A stretch of 64,000 nucleotides of DNA, from contig CM082583.2 in NCBI GenBank assembly GCA_040954595.2, positions 2,551,060-2,615,059 on the forward strand, in the 5' to 3' direction. The notes beneath the pieces are model-generated. The model was not told the origin of the DNA. It saw nothing but the letters and a program-made list of their open reading frames with translations, and did not search any database. Position numbers and translations under genes: made by a program. Shown piece after piece: positions 34,601 to 48,648 of the stretch. Origin of the DNA: Balanoglossus misakiensis. Its lineage: Eukaryota > Animalia > Hemichordata. Every line of letters begins with the position of its first letter. Position 1 is the first letter of the stretch.

Positions 34601-37600
34601 AATCTCAAAATCTTGACCTAAGATCGGAAACGCAATGTAGTTGAATGCAGATATTTTCTACAGATTTCTTTAACATTATGTAAACGAATTCGTTACCTGT
34701 CGGGAAACTGTAAGATTGTGCAAAAATTTCGAAGTAGAAGTTTTGCAATATTGAAAAGTGTCAATGTCAGGTCGACAAACCTCGATAGCCATGTCCAACA
34801 CACGCTTCATACATCACGCGTAGTCTATACACTATATGTCGATATATTACATGGCCTTTTTACTGTCAACATTTACCTTTGTAACCATAACAATTAGGCT
34901 TACAGTTTCCAGTTCAATTTCCGTATGCAGCACAGCGACAAGGTGATGCCATCTAAGCGAATACTGGAGAGAATCACATATATAAGATCTGACAGATACC
35001 AACGACGTATTTCTCATAATAACTACGTCATTATCGCCGTATCCTTGTCTAATGATTTGGATATAGATGACAGACGAAGAGGTGAGATGCATCGCTTGAG
35101 TATAAAGACTGTCATTAAAACGCTTCAATGTCTCTGCTTATGTCGCATTTTCGCTGACCTTCGAAAAACGTTCTTTATTCCATATTGCAAAAATTGTTTC
35201 TCCGAGTTCTACTCGTGATTTTATTTTTCTATTATACACTGTTTAATGCGTTAGGCTAGGACGCCAATTTCAGCAAATTACGGGAATGAACTTATACCAT
35301 CATAAAAGTTAATAAATATGAATAATATTAATAATATTTATGGATGCGACAATGTATCGGGGTATATAATGTCTTTCAGCCAACATATTGGGGAACTTTA
35401 TCGTGCAAAGTATTTTCTTCAAATCAATCCACAGATTACGAAACATCACTTTTAGCGGAGGTTGATACATAAATAAATACACAATACAAACTCTTTCCTG
35501 TTTGATCACGTACTAAAGATTATTTTAGTAACGCATATGAGCATATTTGTATATGTCTCGGCTGTCAGTGTATTATTTTCACATACACAAGTCATGGCAG
35601 ACGGTCATGGAACAGTCCATCAAAATTAAGTATAAAGAAAATAGAATTCAGATTTGTTCATAAACACCAAAACAGTTTTCCCACGTGTTCGTGTTAGGGA
35701 ATTACAAGTTGCCATGACAACTGAGTGTTGACCCTTTAAACGCGAAGTGATAGTCCTTTGTTGGATGTGAAACATCTGTGTAATTCAGCATGTAGAGTAA
35801 ATGCATTATTGATGAGAAACATTTTACGGCGTTAACCATTAATATGCTGATGCTTTAACATTTGATAAAGAAACACACTAATAATACCATGAATGATGAG
35901 GCAAACTAGACGACATAGATATCGTATATCACCTTGGTTAAGAAAATAATTTCATCATGTCATTCTGGTGTGATGTATCTATTGAACAAATATGTGGAAT
36001 TTCATAATAATTTAAACCACATTTTAATGTCACGTCATTTTAACTATTGTGCCTTTTCTGTAGTGGGAGTGTTTTAACACAAAGCAATATTTCGATGTTT
36101 GTTCTATATACAACATCGATACTTGAATGTTTAGCCCATGTCGTACCGATGTCTGTCTCTGTGTGTACGTGTTTGTTTATGTCTGTGTGTGATTTTGTGT
36201 ATGTCTCGAACTGAAAATCAAACGAACCATACTTGGTGGACAGGTACTGGTTTGAAGTAGAAAGAGCTGCAACGATTGTAATAAATTTATCAAAGACTGC
36301 TTCTTTCGGATAATAATTGCCTATTGGTAGCACAAAGGTAGCAGTGACATATGCAAAGAATCACTGCATCAAAATTGATCACTCATTCTACATACTCAAA
36401 CACAGCAATGTTTTGTTGCTAATCGTAATATGTATATTATCTGGTTATATTGCATCTGCCTGGTTTTCATGGGGTATACATTAACACATTAGGAAAAACA
36501 ACATGTCACAGACTACATTTTTAAATCTCTGCATCTATTCTAGTTTAATACATAGCGACTTGTATTACTTGGAAAGCAACCCGTTGCTAAGGTAAGTAAC
36601 CAAGTCTCGCGAGATCTCGCAATGAGCGGAACATCATCTATTATAGGTACTTAACCCTCACATTAATAAAGAATTGATACTGGAGTCACCTTTGCACCAA
36701 AATAAGTAGAAGCACAGAGTAAATTTCCAATCTGTCAATAATAACTTGATGAACATCAACCACCCAACAAAACCTGGGATCTATTGTTTAACGAACAAAA
36801 TCTAACTGACGAAACAAGCTGCTGCTACTGAATCGATGGCATTCATGTTCACAATCAAAACAGCACGTGCATGTTATGTTCCCATAATTTGACAGTAACA
36901 GCTGGTCATGCATTAGACACAAAAGGTTATTACCATCGTATCAGAAATTAAAAGAGGTTTAAGTATGATAACAAAACCAGTTAAACATCGTATTCCAACA
37001 CGCAAACATTCAGTCTATCAACTTATGTCGAAAACTCTTGCCACATTAAGGTTGATATCCAAAATGTCTATTTCGTAAATATGGACGGCGCCAAACATAT
37101 ATATCGTAATCTGGTGATGCCAAATGTAGACGTGACCCATATATATTTTCTGAATTTGCGGCATCAGGATTTGGCGTCTTGACGCTCTTGTGTACAATAT
37201 TATATATGTTATGGTAATACAAATATGATGTATTTTGATGAAGTCAGCTCTTATATTGTCACAAAAAGTAGAAAGAACGGCTACGATTGTAATATATTTA
37301 TCAAAGTCTGCTTCTTTCGAATAATAATTGCCCATTGGCATTGTCACAAAATGCTTAGTGTGCGTTTAACACCAATAATCAGTACAAACACCACAAACAA
37401 GAGACACGTGCTGTGTAAAATTTCATTTATGAAGACAATTTTTCATGATGACAGACTAGACAATCCAGTACACAGTGATTGTAAACCGCGTGTCAAGAAG
37501 GTGCGTGCGGGAACATGTACAATAGTCACCCCACTACCTCTAACGCTACCCGCTGACATTGCTTCGATAGAGTCTCTGAGAGCATTGCATTTTTCTGACC

Positions 37601-40600
37601 CTTTGAAAACGTCATCAGGCTTTGTTCCAAAACCAGCGAAGCAGTGAAAATACCCATATGACAGTGCCAATGAACATTTTATTAATGTATAATTACTCTC
37701 ATGACAACAACTTGTAACCAGGACGTAATGTAGAGCATATTAGACATAATATAATATCTTGTACACATATGTGTTAACCAACTGCAGTTATTCGCCTTGT
37801 AAACTGCCCCTTTTTAGTCATCACCTTGGCAACAGGGTAATAAATGTTCCATCGTGGATGCAAAATTTAGGGAGGTGTGGCAGTATTCAGGTCGATTGCA
37901 GAAACTACTTTAGGTAACTAAACTAGCACGATGTGGTTATTCAGAAATGTCTCGCAATTTCAATCGATTTTACAGTACATTCAAGGTATTCAGTGAGAGT
38001 ATACATTAATGTTATAAATGTTTTTAATTGAATCGAGCACAATAATTTGCTTGCTGTTTGCGATCTTCTCCTCGGTACAGACAGCCTGTTCGGCAAACTG
38101 CCATAGAACCGTGCTGATGGCTATCGCTCAGACCTTTTCCATCATTGCCGAAGTAATCGTAAACGATGTCAATACAAATTGCACAATTTCGATTGAACAC
38201 GGCCTTCCACTTTACAACACACATTACTTCAGGCGATAAAACAGCAGAGCACATTTCGTAGCTCGTACCCGCAGATAGATTTATGACAAACAGATTGAAA
38301 ACGGGTTTTATGTACTACACAAAATGTTTGAGAAATGACATCTCGCACGACTGAATTGGACAGTTAATAGTGACAAAAAGTTGCATGTAATTTTATTGAA
38401 CGAACAAAATTCAAGAACCAAACCAAATTGTATCAAGTTACATTCACATTTTGACTTTAGAGGAGCTAACGTTTGCACTTTTATAGTCTTCAAGATTTAC
38501 AATTTAGCAATTAAACGTCGAAGGATGCGGGCGTAGACCAAATGCAATGACTCTAGGAAATAATTGACCACACAGAGGGGTGAGAACGAATTCCATCGTA
38601 ACTGTAAACGAACAAGAAAATCTGCTTGGCACGAGCGTTCAAGTTCAGTTGCGGCCGCTGTGTCCTGTATAAAATGACTCTTACTCCGAAGACGCTGGTC
38701 CAATTGCTTTCAAGTTTAATGGCGTTTTTATAGGGATAACCTTCATCAGATCCTTTCTAACTGAGCTAAAATAAACATATTTTGTATTTCTAATGTTTGC
38801 CGTTTTGGAATTAAATGTGGTGCTTTCGATGGTGGCTTTACATGTATATGAACTATAATAAAGTTAATGAATATTGTATTCTTGCTATTTTGGCCCGATT
38901 TCTTTATTGTGCATATTTTTTTCAGTGTTAATTATTTAATTGATTACAGTCTTTTTCTTCGACGTTAAATGAGTGATTCCATAATTGTATATCTTGACAA
39001 GTATTTTATCAGATTACATTGTGTACATGCTAGGAAATTGAAATATTTAAACATCATTGATATTTATTGTACATTCTCAATATATTTGACTACGCAAGTA
39101 AGCAAACCGCGACATAAGTCCAATCAAGTTTGACTTCATCTTTAGAGATGTGGAAATGAGATTGACACTAAGAAAATGTGGTTTATGGCTTATGTGTTTG
39201 ATAATAATACATGTACACGCTGCCAAATTTGGAATACCGTTTGCCATTCTGACAGTCACTGCGATTTATACTTTATGCAATTACATTCAAATCTCACCGA
39301 CGTGTTTTCCACATTTGAAGATAACATCGGCTCTAGTTGCTAGCCTTTTGAGAACGAAGAACATTTTCAACCAATCTCTACCACGTCGAAGCTGTATGTC
39401 AGGGGAGTTAGATCCTAATCCAATTTTATAGAGAAGTTTTAAAATTTGTCTTGAAGGATCCATTTACATTTTGAATTCGCTTCAAATGTTCTGTTCTAAT
39501 GTAATATAAACGAGTACATTTGACTGTGTTTCAATGGCAATTAAACTAGTCTTAGCACCTAATGGAAGCATCGGTAACTTACCTTTCAAGACCACATGAA
39601 TGCCGAAGTTGATGTTTACTATTGTTATTATTATTATTCGTTTTTCAGACATATTAAAAATATGTACATAGGGTTCATTCGAACATTCTGATAAAACTCA
39701 ACAGCATAAAGTAACACTAATTGAAATTGAATATGGTAATTTTAACTTTTGAAATATAAAAAAAAATGTATAAATTCTATTCTAAATTATATTTTCTATT
39801 CCCTTTCTCTCAAACAAGGTAACTAACGCCTGTATGCATTACATACAATCGGTACACGCCAATATAATTATGTATGGTATAGGTATGGTTCACTAAACAA
39901 TTTTCGTACATGAAAAGGAATCAAACGTTTGCATGCGTGGCGGTGGTTTTGGTGGTCATGTTGATAAAGTTACATCTGACATCGACCATGCATATCATAA
40001 CAGTATTAATAGGCCCAAAACCATGGTGACAAAATTGTCTACCAGGATAGACAGGAGGTATCGCATCTTCTACTGTAGCAGATTATCCAGTTAAAAGCTT
40101 GAAGGATTTGAATGCCTTATCAATGCTATGTTGTGACTCAGAACAAATGTAAACAGTTGTCCATTGACATCAAGTCACTTTCAGAAATGGGTAGCACATA
40201 GATTTTGACAAGGTGAAAGAGGGCTTATTCTTACATATACCCATGCTTGCCTGAACTTCCTTTGAAGCTTCAAACATATTATGTTGTGTTTTCCAAAGGG
40301 TAACCGGCCCTTAATACTGTGTCCTCTAGATGATAACTGAAAGTTCATATGGTAATCCTATAACTTATTATTTAAACAATACAATAGTATTGCTAGAGTT
40401 ACAAGTTTTTCTTTTGACAATCATGGCCAATTTTAAGGGAGCTTATATGCTACAATCGGCTGCTTTGGCTCGCCTTCTTTACGATTATCTAGAGCGCAGT
40501 TTTACAATGAAATGTAAATTGAACTTTCATTGACAGCAAATGAGTTCATTTTGTTATAACTCGTGCCTTTAATTACTTAGTCAATCTATCCATCTCAACC

Positions 40601-43600
40601 ATCCATCGTATCAACCAACCAGCAACCAACCAATCAACCTCGCAGTCAGTCAGTCAGTCAATCAATCAATCAATCTGCCATCAATCAATTAGTCAATCAG
40701 TCAATCAACAAACCAACAAATTAATCAATTTGTAATTGATATGCTTCACATAGGCGCCCTCTAAGACTGGTGACGGGTCAACAACCTATTTTTAATGCTA
40801 GCTGACTTCCCTATGCTGGTGTCATTTCTCTAATTCCTATCATGGGCATCGGATTAGAGGCTTGGAAAGCTTGAATTGGGCGTTTTTCACAGCCAAGAAG
40901 TTGGAAAGCAGTATTACTTGACTAGTACACTCCGCATACGACATGGTCTTCACTCAACGAATTTGGATACAGGTTGTTTTCCTGCCTATTTGTATCTGGA
41001 CTAATCGTCATAGTAATACTGTTTGGTATTGATGCATTTTGGTTTTGGCTGCAGGTGAGGGGAAAGTCTGTCTTTTCAAGAACATTGTGGTTATTTTTTA
41101 TGCTCCATTTGTGCTCTTCTGCTGTGCCTTACACCCACTATATGTTTGGCGATGGCATTTCAAGAAGAGTAAAGGATATACAGGAAGTTAATAAAGCTGG
41201 AAATAAAATTGGTGTGCGACAAATGAGAGGTGGTTATCGTGCCAGAATGAGAGGTAATCACACTGAACACTTCTTTATAAAAACTACCTGAATTATTTTG
41301 TTGGAAACACTATCGAAGCTGAGTTGATCTCATATTAAGCTTAGTTAATTTATACAAAGACAATTCAAAGTAATTACTGCTCAGGATAATGTACATAACG
41401 CTTCTGTTAAAACACACAGATGTTTGGTGAACAGTTATCAGCATGGATAAATAATAATCAAATTCCCGGGAGATGTTCTATTTCACGAGTAGTTGCTTAC
41501 TAATTTTAGTAAACTAATTAGCAAATTAGAGCAAAATAATTCTGACTCTGTAGTGCTGTACTTGCTCACATGCTTCGATCAATATTTCACGAACCTTGTA
41601 AATGTACGACTTGCAGCTGTCACTACCCACAATTCCTTTCTGCATTTTCTCTCCCAGATTCAGTTGCCGTAATTTCCATTCGCGCCATGTCAATTGTAAC
41701 ATCCACTCTAACATCCAAAGGCTGCAAATAAACCTATTCTACCTATTCTACCGAATGGTCGTCTTAGGACAACGAGAAAAGGCTAAATGATCGGAGGTAA
41801 GCTTATAGTTTTGTTCAATTTTCAAGAAGATAGATTTTATGTTATTTTTACAACCACCAAGTTTCAGGCCTGTGTCAGTTTGGCCTGAGCTAGTATGACG
41901 GGAACTATCACAATGATAAAAAAACGATTAATAATATTACAAAAGGTAGAAACAGTCTAATATCACGTGCTATGTTACTAGAAGAACAATTCGTCAAATT
42001 GTTGAGAAAAATTCATTCACGATATAACCACCCACACTCTTCCATGAGTGTAACGGTATTCAAATACAGTATGAAGGCTACAGTGCATAATATCAATAGA
42101 AACGAACAGTGTGAAATACATTGTTGCATATGTTGTACTGATACTTATTCATCATGTGAAATTAAATAGTTTTTTTTCGCTATCTCTATGTCGACAATTC
42201 TCTTCTGCTGAATTTTAGTAAACACAAGAGAAAACCACAATGCCAAACTTAAGACGAGCATGCACAAATATTAAGAATCCGGAGTTCTATTTTAGTTTGT
42301 ACGGAATGGTTTCTCTCAGACATTGCGATCAACTCCTTAATATCATGGATGTTAGCCTTCTTACACGAATTTGGGATGCAAAATAATCCACTAGCCAAAC
42401 TGTCACAGTCACTGTGTTAAAACTTTAATATCCGTCCCTCTGCATGTAAGCTTAGCTTTACTTATCCGGACTCATAGTGTGATGTGGCTCTGGAATTTAA
42501 AATATTACACTAACTGCAAGCAGTAGAATAGATACATCTGGTTCCTCTGGTTTTCACGCATTCGAAATAATGAGTGTCCATCGAATGCGAAAACCTGTAA
42601 CTAAACAGTAAACACAAAATTGCCCTTGTCTTTCAACAAAATAAAACTGATGAAGCATTTTAATTCCTAATGAATGAGACTACGCTTTCATAAAATAGTT
42701 TGGTTAAGGAAAATCGCGCTCCGATCATTTTAGTTGTTTGCGCAGGGTTCTGTGCAGAGTTTAAAAAGTTAAATTTTATTTCCAGTGTTTTCCTAACAAA
42801 GTTGAAGTGTAGTGCTGTGAGTTTATTTTTGTACACACGATGTATTTGTTAAATTTGGGACTGAAATTTTCGCGAGTTTGCAATACTTTTGGTTGCTATA
42901 GGAGCCTATCCAGGGCTGTTGAAGACGCCCGAAAACCATGTTCAACATCCTGTGTCTCAACAATTTGTATGGTGACTACCAATTGTCTAGCTTAAATTTA
43001 TTTGATATATTTCAAACAAGATATCTACGAAGTTTTAAAAAAGTTTAAGTCTATAAGTGGTAAAAAAAAATTATATAAAATTGGATATTTAGGCAATTCT
43101 GTGTATAATTTAACTGTTGTATTGATATGCGATTATCACATTGAACAAGTTAAAATCTCAAAACTGCTAAATTTAAAGTAAAATATTCGTAAGTTTAGAT
43201 TCTATAATAGTGAAAAAATATGACGACTCTCCATTTTTCAAAGATCTACAAACACTGGCAAAAGCTTGAATAGTGCTAGATAGAGGGCGCTGGTAATTGT
43301 CACTTTCTAATTGAGTGAGGACATATTCACTTCCATACAATAATGTTGTGACAGTTTTCATGCCAATCTATTCAGTTGCCACAGATGGAAAAGATTCGCG
43401 CGCTTAGTCCGTCTTCATCTAGTCAGACAAACATTACATGGCGGTTTTTTCATCAGCCAACATTGTACAATGCTCATTCGTCAGTCCTAGTAGTTTGTTT
43501 ATTCTTATAGTGGTTACTTATGTAGTCATTCATTCAATCATTGAGTCATTTATTTATTCTTTAATTCTTTCGCTCGTTTATTTACGAATACCTGTGTTTA

Positions 43601-46191
43601 TTTATTTATTTATTTATTTATTTACAAAGGTTCGTTAAAGCAAACAAACAATTCAAAGTTTATGGAGATATTAACAATCCAAAGGTTAGAGAAAAATCCA
43701 AATTCGAAACAACAAATTTTTACATACTAAATTAATTAATTAATCAATAAACTATCAAAAACAAACCCATGTTCTCTTTGTTGACATAGTATCGAATGTG
43801 AAATTGACCTACCTTCATATCACTGTACGGTTAAGATTAAAGCACTGGAAGACGGGTAGGGGGTCCTCTCGCTGACATCTTTACGAAGGGAACGTTTGCG
43901 CACGTAGCAACGAGGATGAAATTAGTTCGGAATTGCGTGTTGATGACCTTATTCGGGCAACCGGGCCGGGGTGTGATGCGTAAAATATCTGCCAAGTTTG
44001 GAGGATGCTTTTTCCCATACAGGGACGCGAATCTAGGTATATGATAAAAGGTGTTTTCACATCAGCTTGTACTCATGAAAATTAAAAACTTCTTTTGACG
44101 AGACACTGGATTTAAAACAGTGTCACTGTCCTGTGCTTGACATAATATTCCATTTAGAAAATATGGACGAGAGTATAAGAACATGTAATGATCTCAAACT
44201 CAAATTGGACAAGAATACTTCCTTGTGATTTTCACTTTTATATATAAATCTCCCCTTATTACACAACGTAGCTTCACATCATACGGCCATTCCCTGTTCT
44301 CCATATTGTGGCAACCTTATCCTATTGTAGTGTCAAATAGCGTGTTTTGTACTTCCTTAACGGCAAAGTTAGTATTTCTAACTTGCATTGTGAATTTTGA
44401 AACGGTTTAAGGCGTTTTCAAGAATTAACTGCACGTTAAACACAACCGGAAATATAAAACAACGCGACAGCTATGTGTTCCTGAACACCACATTAGGAAT
44501 AAAAGAAAAAATACCTCTGACGAACGCATAACTAACTTTCCAGTCAATGCCATAAATGTCGACAAACTGTGTTTCATTATGATGTCTGGTCTGCCGATGT
44601 GAAATACGTAAATCTAACATCGGAAATTGTTGCTGCTGTCTTTTAAATAACGTTAATGAAAATGTAATATGTACTCGAATTGGCAATGAGAATGTTTCAA
44701 ACACACCTGGCAATGTTAGTACACAAACCGAGTGAATAAGAGTGAATAAGATCTAAGATAGATAATCTTTTCTCATCTTATAACGTCACTTATATACAGA
44801 CAAAGGACATTTTCCAGATAATTCAATCGCTTGGCAATAACTAGTTCTGATTTAGGATTAATGGAAAAATAGCGTCAATGACACTGTGGTCCCATTTGAG
44901 GATTATGCGGAAACAGTGACACACCAGAATAAAAATTACAGGTGACATTGCAAGCAGATATGATCTTACCATATAGAAATATGGAATGTAAAAAAAATTA
45001 ACAATGAACATGCCCAATAAACTGTCATGTGTCATGGCAGTCTTACAAGTGGTGCTAGAAAAAAAATTACCAAAAATTGTCTGTACAAACACATATGAGA
45101 AGCAACTTCTTTCAGTCAGCCCTGGAACAGACACACAGACAGACAGACACACACTGACCTGCCACTGGTAATTAAAAATTTAATAGCTGGTGGTCTCTGT
45201 AACACCTGGCCTATTAAATTTACGTAAATATGTCTTAGTTCGGGGTAACAACTCCTTGTAAATAGTAACTTTAAAAACAACTGGACAATTGGTTTAGGAG
45301 AAGATTTGCTAACCAAAAACAAAGAAACTTACAAAAAAACTCGCTTAATATTGAATATTTCTGATATCAGAATTGAATAAAAGTTGCACAGATATATGTA
45401 TGTGCTATGACATTATATCCTAAATTTCAAAGCAATCAGAGAAAAAACAAATTTCAAAGCAATCCAACAAGCAGTTTCATAGAAAATATTTGTTCAAAAG
45501 TGGCAAAAACACAAATTCAATGCAATATGACAAGCGCTTTCAGAGAAAACAATTTTTGACAAAAATTGCAAAAGTTTCCCTGATGACACATTTACGCAAA
45601 TATCACATTTTTTACAACATATTACTTAGGTTACCCCTACGAACATGCCTACCAAATCGCAAAGCAATCTGGCATGCGATATGCGGTTTTAAAGAAAAAA
45701 TAGTTTTGACCAAAAATGACAAATATTGCTCAAAATTATAAATATGCAAATTTTGCAACAATTTGAACAAAACTATGGTTACTCAGACAACCATTAGGAA
45801 GCTTCATACTAAATTTCAAAGAAGTAAGCCCATCACTTTCAGAAATGAAGACTTTTTACCAATAACATGGAAAAATACAAAATAAATGCATAAAAAATAG
45901 GAAAGTGATAATATTAGCTCAAAACATACAGGACTGTATGAGGTTGACATAAGGTACTTGCATACCAATTTTCAAATCAATATGACCAGTGGTTGTCGAG
46001 TTTTTTGAGTTTTGACCAATTTCACATTTTCCCAGCTAATTTGCATATTTTTGGCAATAACAACTTCATTTGAACAAACTCCCATCTACAGCCCTGCCTG
46101 CATCTACACACCAAATATCGAGGTCATACGCGCTGCGGTTTTCAAGTTTTTGATGTGGAGGGACATACAGACATACATCCATCCATACATA

Positions 46192-46945
46192 TAGAATGAA
46201 GTGGTCAAGAAGCACCAACTCTTGGACACAATGTTCTTCAATGCAAACTAATTTTATTTCCGACGTTTCGTGGGATTAATCCCACTTCATCAGGGTAAAA
46301 ACTGAAATAAACGAGACAAAGCGTAAAAGTAACAAATAAATGATATAAAAATGGTGTAAAATAAGAGGTTTAAACTAAAATACGCCCAAAATGAATAGGA
46401 GAGCCAAAGTGGAACTGACAGAGGTTTTGAATGTATGGTAGGTGTTACGTAAGACTGACCAGTTGGGGTGATTTACATAAAATGCGGGAAAATTATGATG
46501 TGTAAATTACCTAGTGACTAAAAATAGCTGGAGTGCATACAGAAAGCCAAGCTGGGAGGGACTGTTGTAACAAAAACTTAAAATAGTAAAAAATGGAATA
46601 AAATGAACGCCTACTCAAAACAGCTCAAAATAAGATAAAATATCGAAAGATGCGTTCAACGGGTTTTTACCAGATTGCAGGTATGGGTGAATCTCTATTG
46701 AGTCCCCTAGGATACATACTAGTGTCCAATGAAAAAATCCACTTTGTTTCTGTAATGTCCCTGATGTGTTTATCATTTTTACACAACGATTCCAAGATGA
46801 CCACTTTCATGTTTTTAACAGAGTGGTTGGGTTGATTAAAATGTTGGCTCACAAATAGGGCTGGATTATCAGGGTCGTTGTTTTTACATTTTATCATACT
46901 TCTGTGTCCAGCCATTCTGAATCTAAGTTTGTTTTTGGGTTGACC
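46192..46945 (-). mobile_element. 5'-truncated Penelope-like retroelement (GIY-YIG C-terminus 46945-46667 plus 3' region)
   Basis: GQPKNKLRFRMAGHRS..VSQHFNQPNHS..VVILE..RDITETKWIFSLDT..PRGLN matches the PLE endonuclease pattern. Confidence 0.85.
46255..46300 (-). ncRNA. Minimal hammerhead ribozyme motif (Penelope type)
   Basis: CC-CUGAUGA-A-GUGGGA-UUAA-UCCCAC-GAAA-C-GUC-GG on the minus strand. Confidence 0.8.
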
Positions 46946-47026
46946 ATCCATACATACATACATACATACAGATGCAACCGATCCCATAAGGTCCCATGGT
47001 ACATACCTATGGGCCCTAATAAAAAA

Positions 47027-47576
47027 TCGCGTCAAGGACACGGTGGTCCCATTGAGTTATTACACAAGAAAAATTCTGCATGGCCATATGCAGACAGACA
47101 GACACACACACACACACGTAGCGAGAGATCAATGGGCAAGCACTGACTGACCCATAAGCTGCCAATGGCATATGTACTGTACATACACTAAATAGAACAG
47201 CTGGCCTCTTTAAAACATAGCCGGTTATGTAATCATTCACCACTTTGCAAAACAATCTGACCAGTAGTTCTTGAGTTACTGAGTTTGGACCAAATTCACA
47301 TTTTCCCAGCTAATATGCATATTTTTGGCGATGACACCTTCATTTGAACAAACTCCCATCTACAGCCCAGCCTGCATCTGCACACCAAATATCAAGGTGA
47401 TACACGCAGCGGTTTTCAAGTTTTTGATATGGACGGACATACAGACATACATCCATACATCCATCCATCCATCCATCCATACATCCATCCATCCATCCAT
47501 CCATCCATACATCCATACATACATACAGACACAACCGATCCCATAAGGTCCCATGGTATATACCAATGGGACCTAA
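47027..47576 (-). mobile_element. Short HINE-like copy, head-to-tail with the previous copy
   Basis: Highly similar (reverse complement) to 29051-29721. Confidence 0.8.
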
Positions 47577-48191
47577 AAATCAAATTAATTTATCCATGGC
47601 CTGATGCTCCCAACTTTTTTAGGTGAGCGTCCTCTACTATGACCCAATAATAAATTTTGGCGTTAAATTTATATTCGGTCGGCCCTGGTTTAAGCGGCAA
47701 ATGAAAGTTTTCAATTGGTTTCTGTGCGTCTTGATATGGGGGCATACATGTTAAGTGTCAAGCTTGGTTTCACCTGACATAAAATCACATAAAGTGAAGG
47801 CAATCTAACTCGCACATGCGAGCGGTGAATAGCCTTCTTATCGACAAATATATGCTGTTTTACATTACGTCTAGTATATAACAATTTTAGCACCACAGCT
47901 TGTGTAACTGTTATTTTTGAAGAATCGGTTTCATTTAATTTAATTGCGTCGTGGTCGTGCAATTTCTTTTAAACACTCTCCTGAACCTCCTGCATAATAT
48001 TTTATCAAATGAGTGTACCAATGATTTACACCATGATTATCATAATCATCATCACCAACGTCGTCGTCGTAGTCCCATATAATTACCATTGTACTCGATT
48101 TATACGTCATACTGAATTTGTTTAAAGATGTCTTTCAAGTAGTAGTTATTTATTGGTTTGTGGTACATTTCCGAATATAAATTGATAATTA

Positions 48192-48648
48192 TATAACTCC
48201 CTGGCATTTCGAACTATCAGTACCTACGTCGCAGACAGGTGATTCCGGCTATAGCGGCCATATCCCTCCGAGCAACGCAGACACACTCGTTCGAATTACC
48301 AGGGAATTATGATGTTCATCACATATATAGATCCGCTAATTTTGATTTTCATTGAAACTCATTGTTGGTACGGTAAAATTTGGAACTATTTCGTGCCAAA
48401 TTGAAGAGATCGATGTTATGCGACCCCATCTATCAGGTGGGTCAATTGATGAGGACAATTCTGACGAGTGATTACTGAGGACCTGTTTATCGCACATCAA
48501 TTGGATTTCATCGTTCGCCAGCGCTTCACTAACATACGATTTGAGATCTGACCGTTTTGCTCTAATCGCTTCATGATATTTTGCAAATACAGTTATCCGG
48601 CATACTGGTATATACTATGGTACAATGCGGAACTATGTGTGTGATAAT
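48192..48648 (+). mobile_element. Diverged, internally deleted copy of the 5761-6559 element
   Basis: Shared tccgctaattttga..taaaatttggaactattt..gatcgatgttatgcg..atactatggta..gcggaactatgtgtgtgataa. Confidence 0.75.

Larger units (their letters stand above)
44871..47019 (-). mobile_element. Long HINE-like copy interrupted by a Penelope fragment
   Basis: Both ends and the 46000-46190 body match 29051-29721 in reverse. Confidence 0.7.

Noticed and set aside
38715-38752. Second hammerhead-like string (minus strand CUGAUGAAGG..AAAAACGCC)
   Set aside because: GAAA box and GUC triplet are altered and stem II is poor; at most a dead relic.
40973-41053. Exon-like hydrophobic segment (atacag..cag|gtgagg)
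   Set aside because: Isolated; I found no phase-compatible partner exons and no pyrimidine tract.
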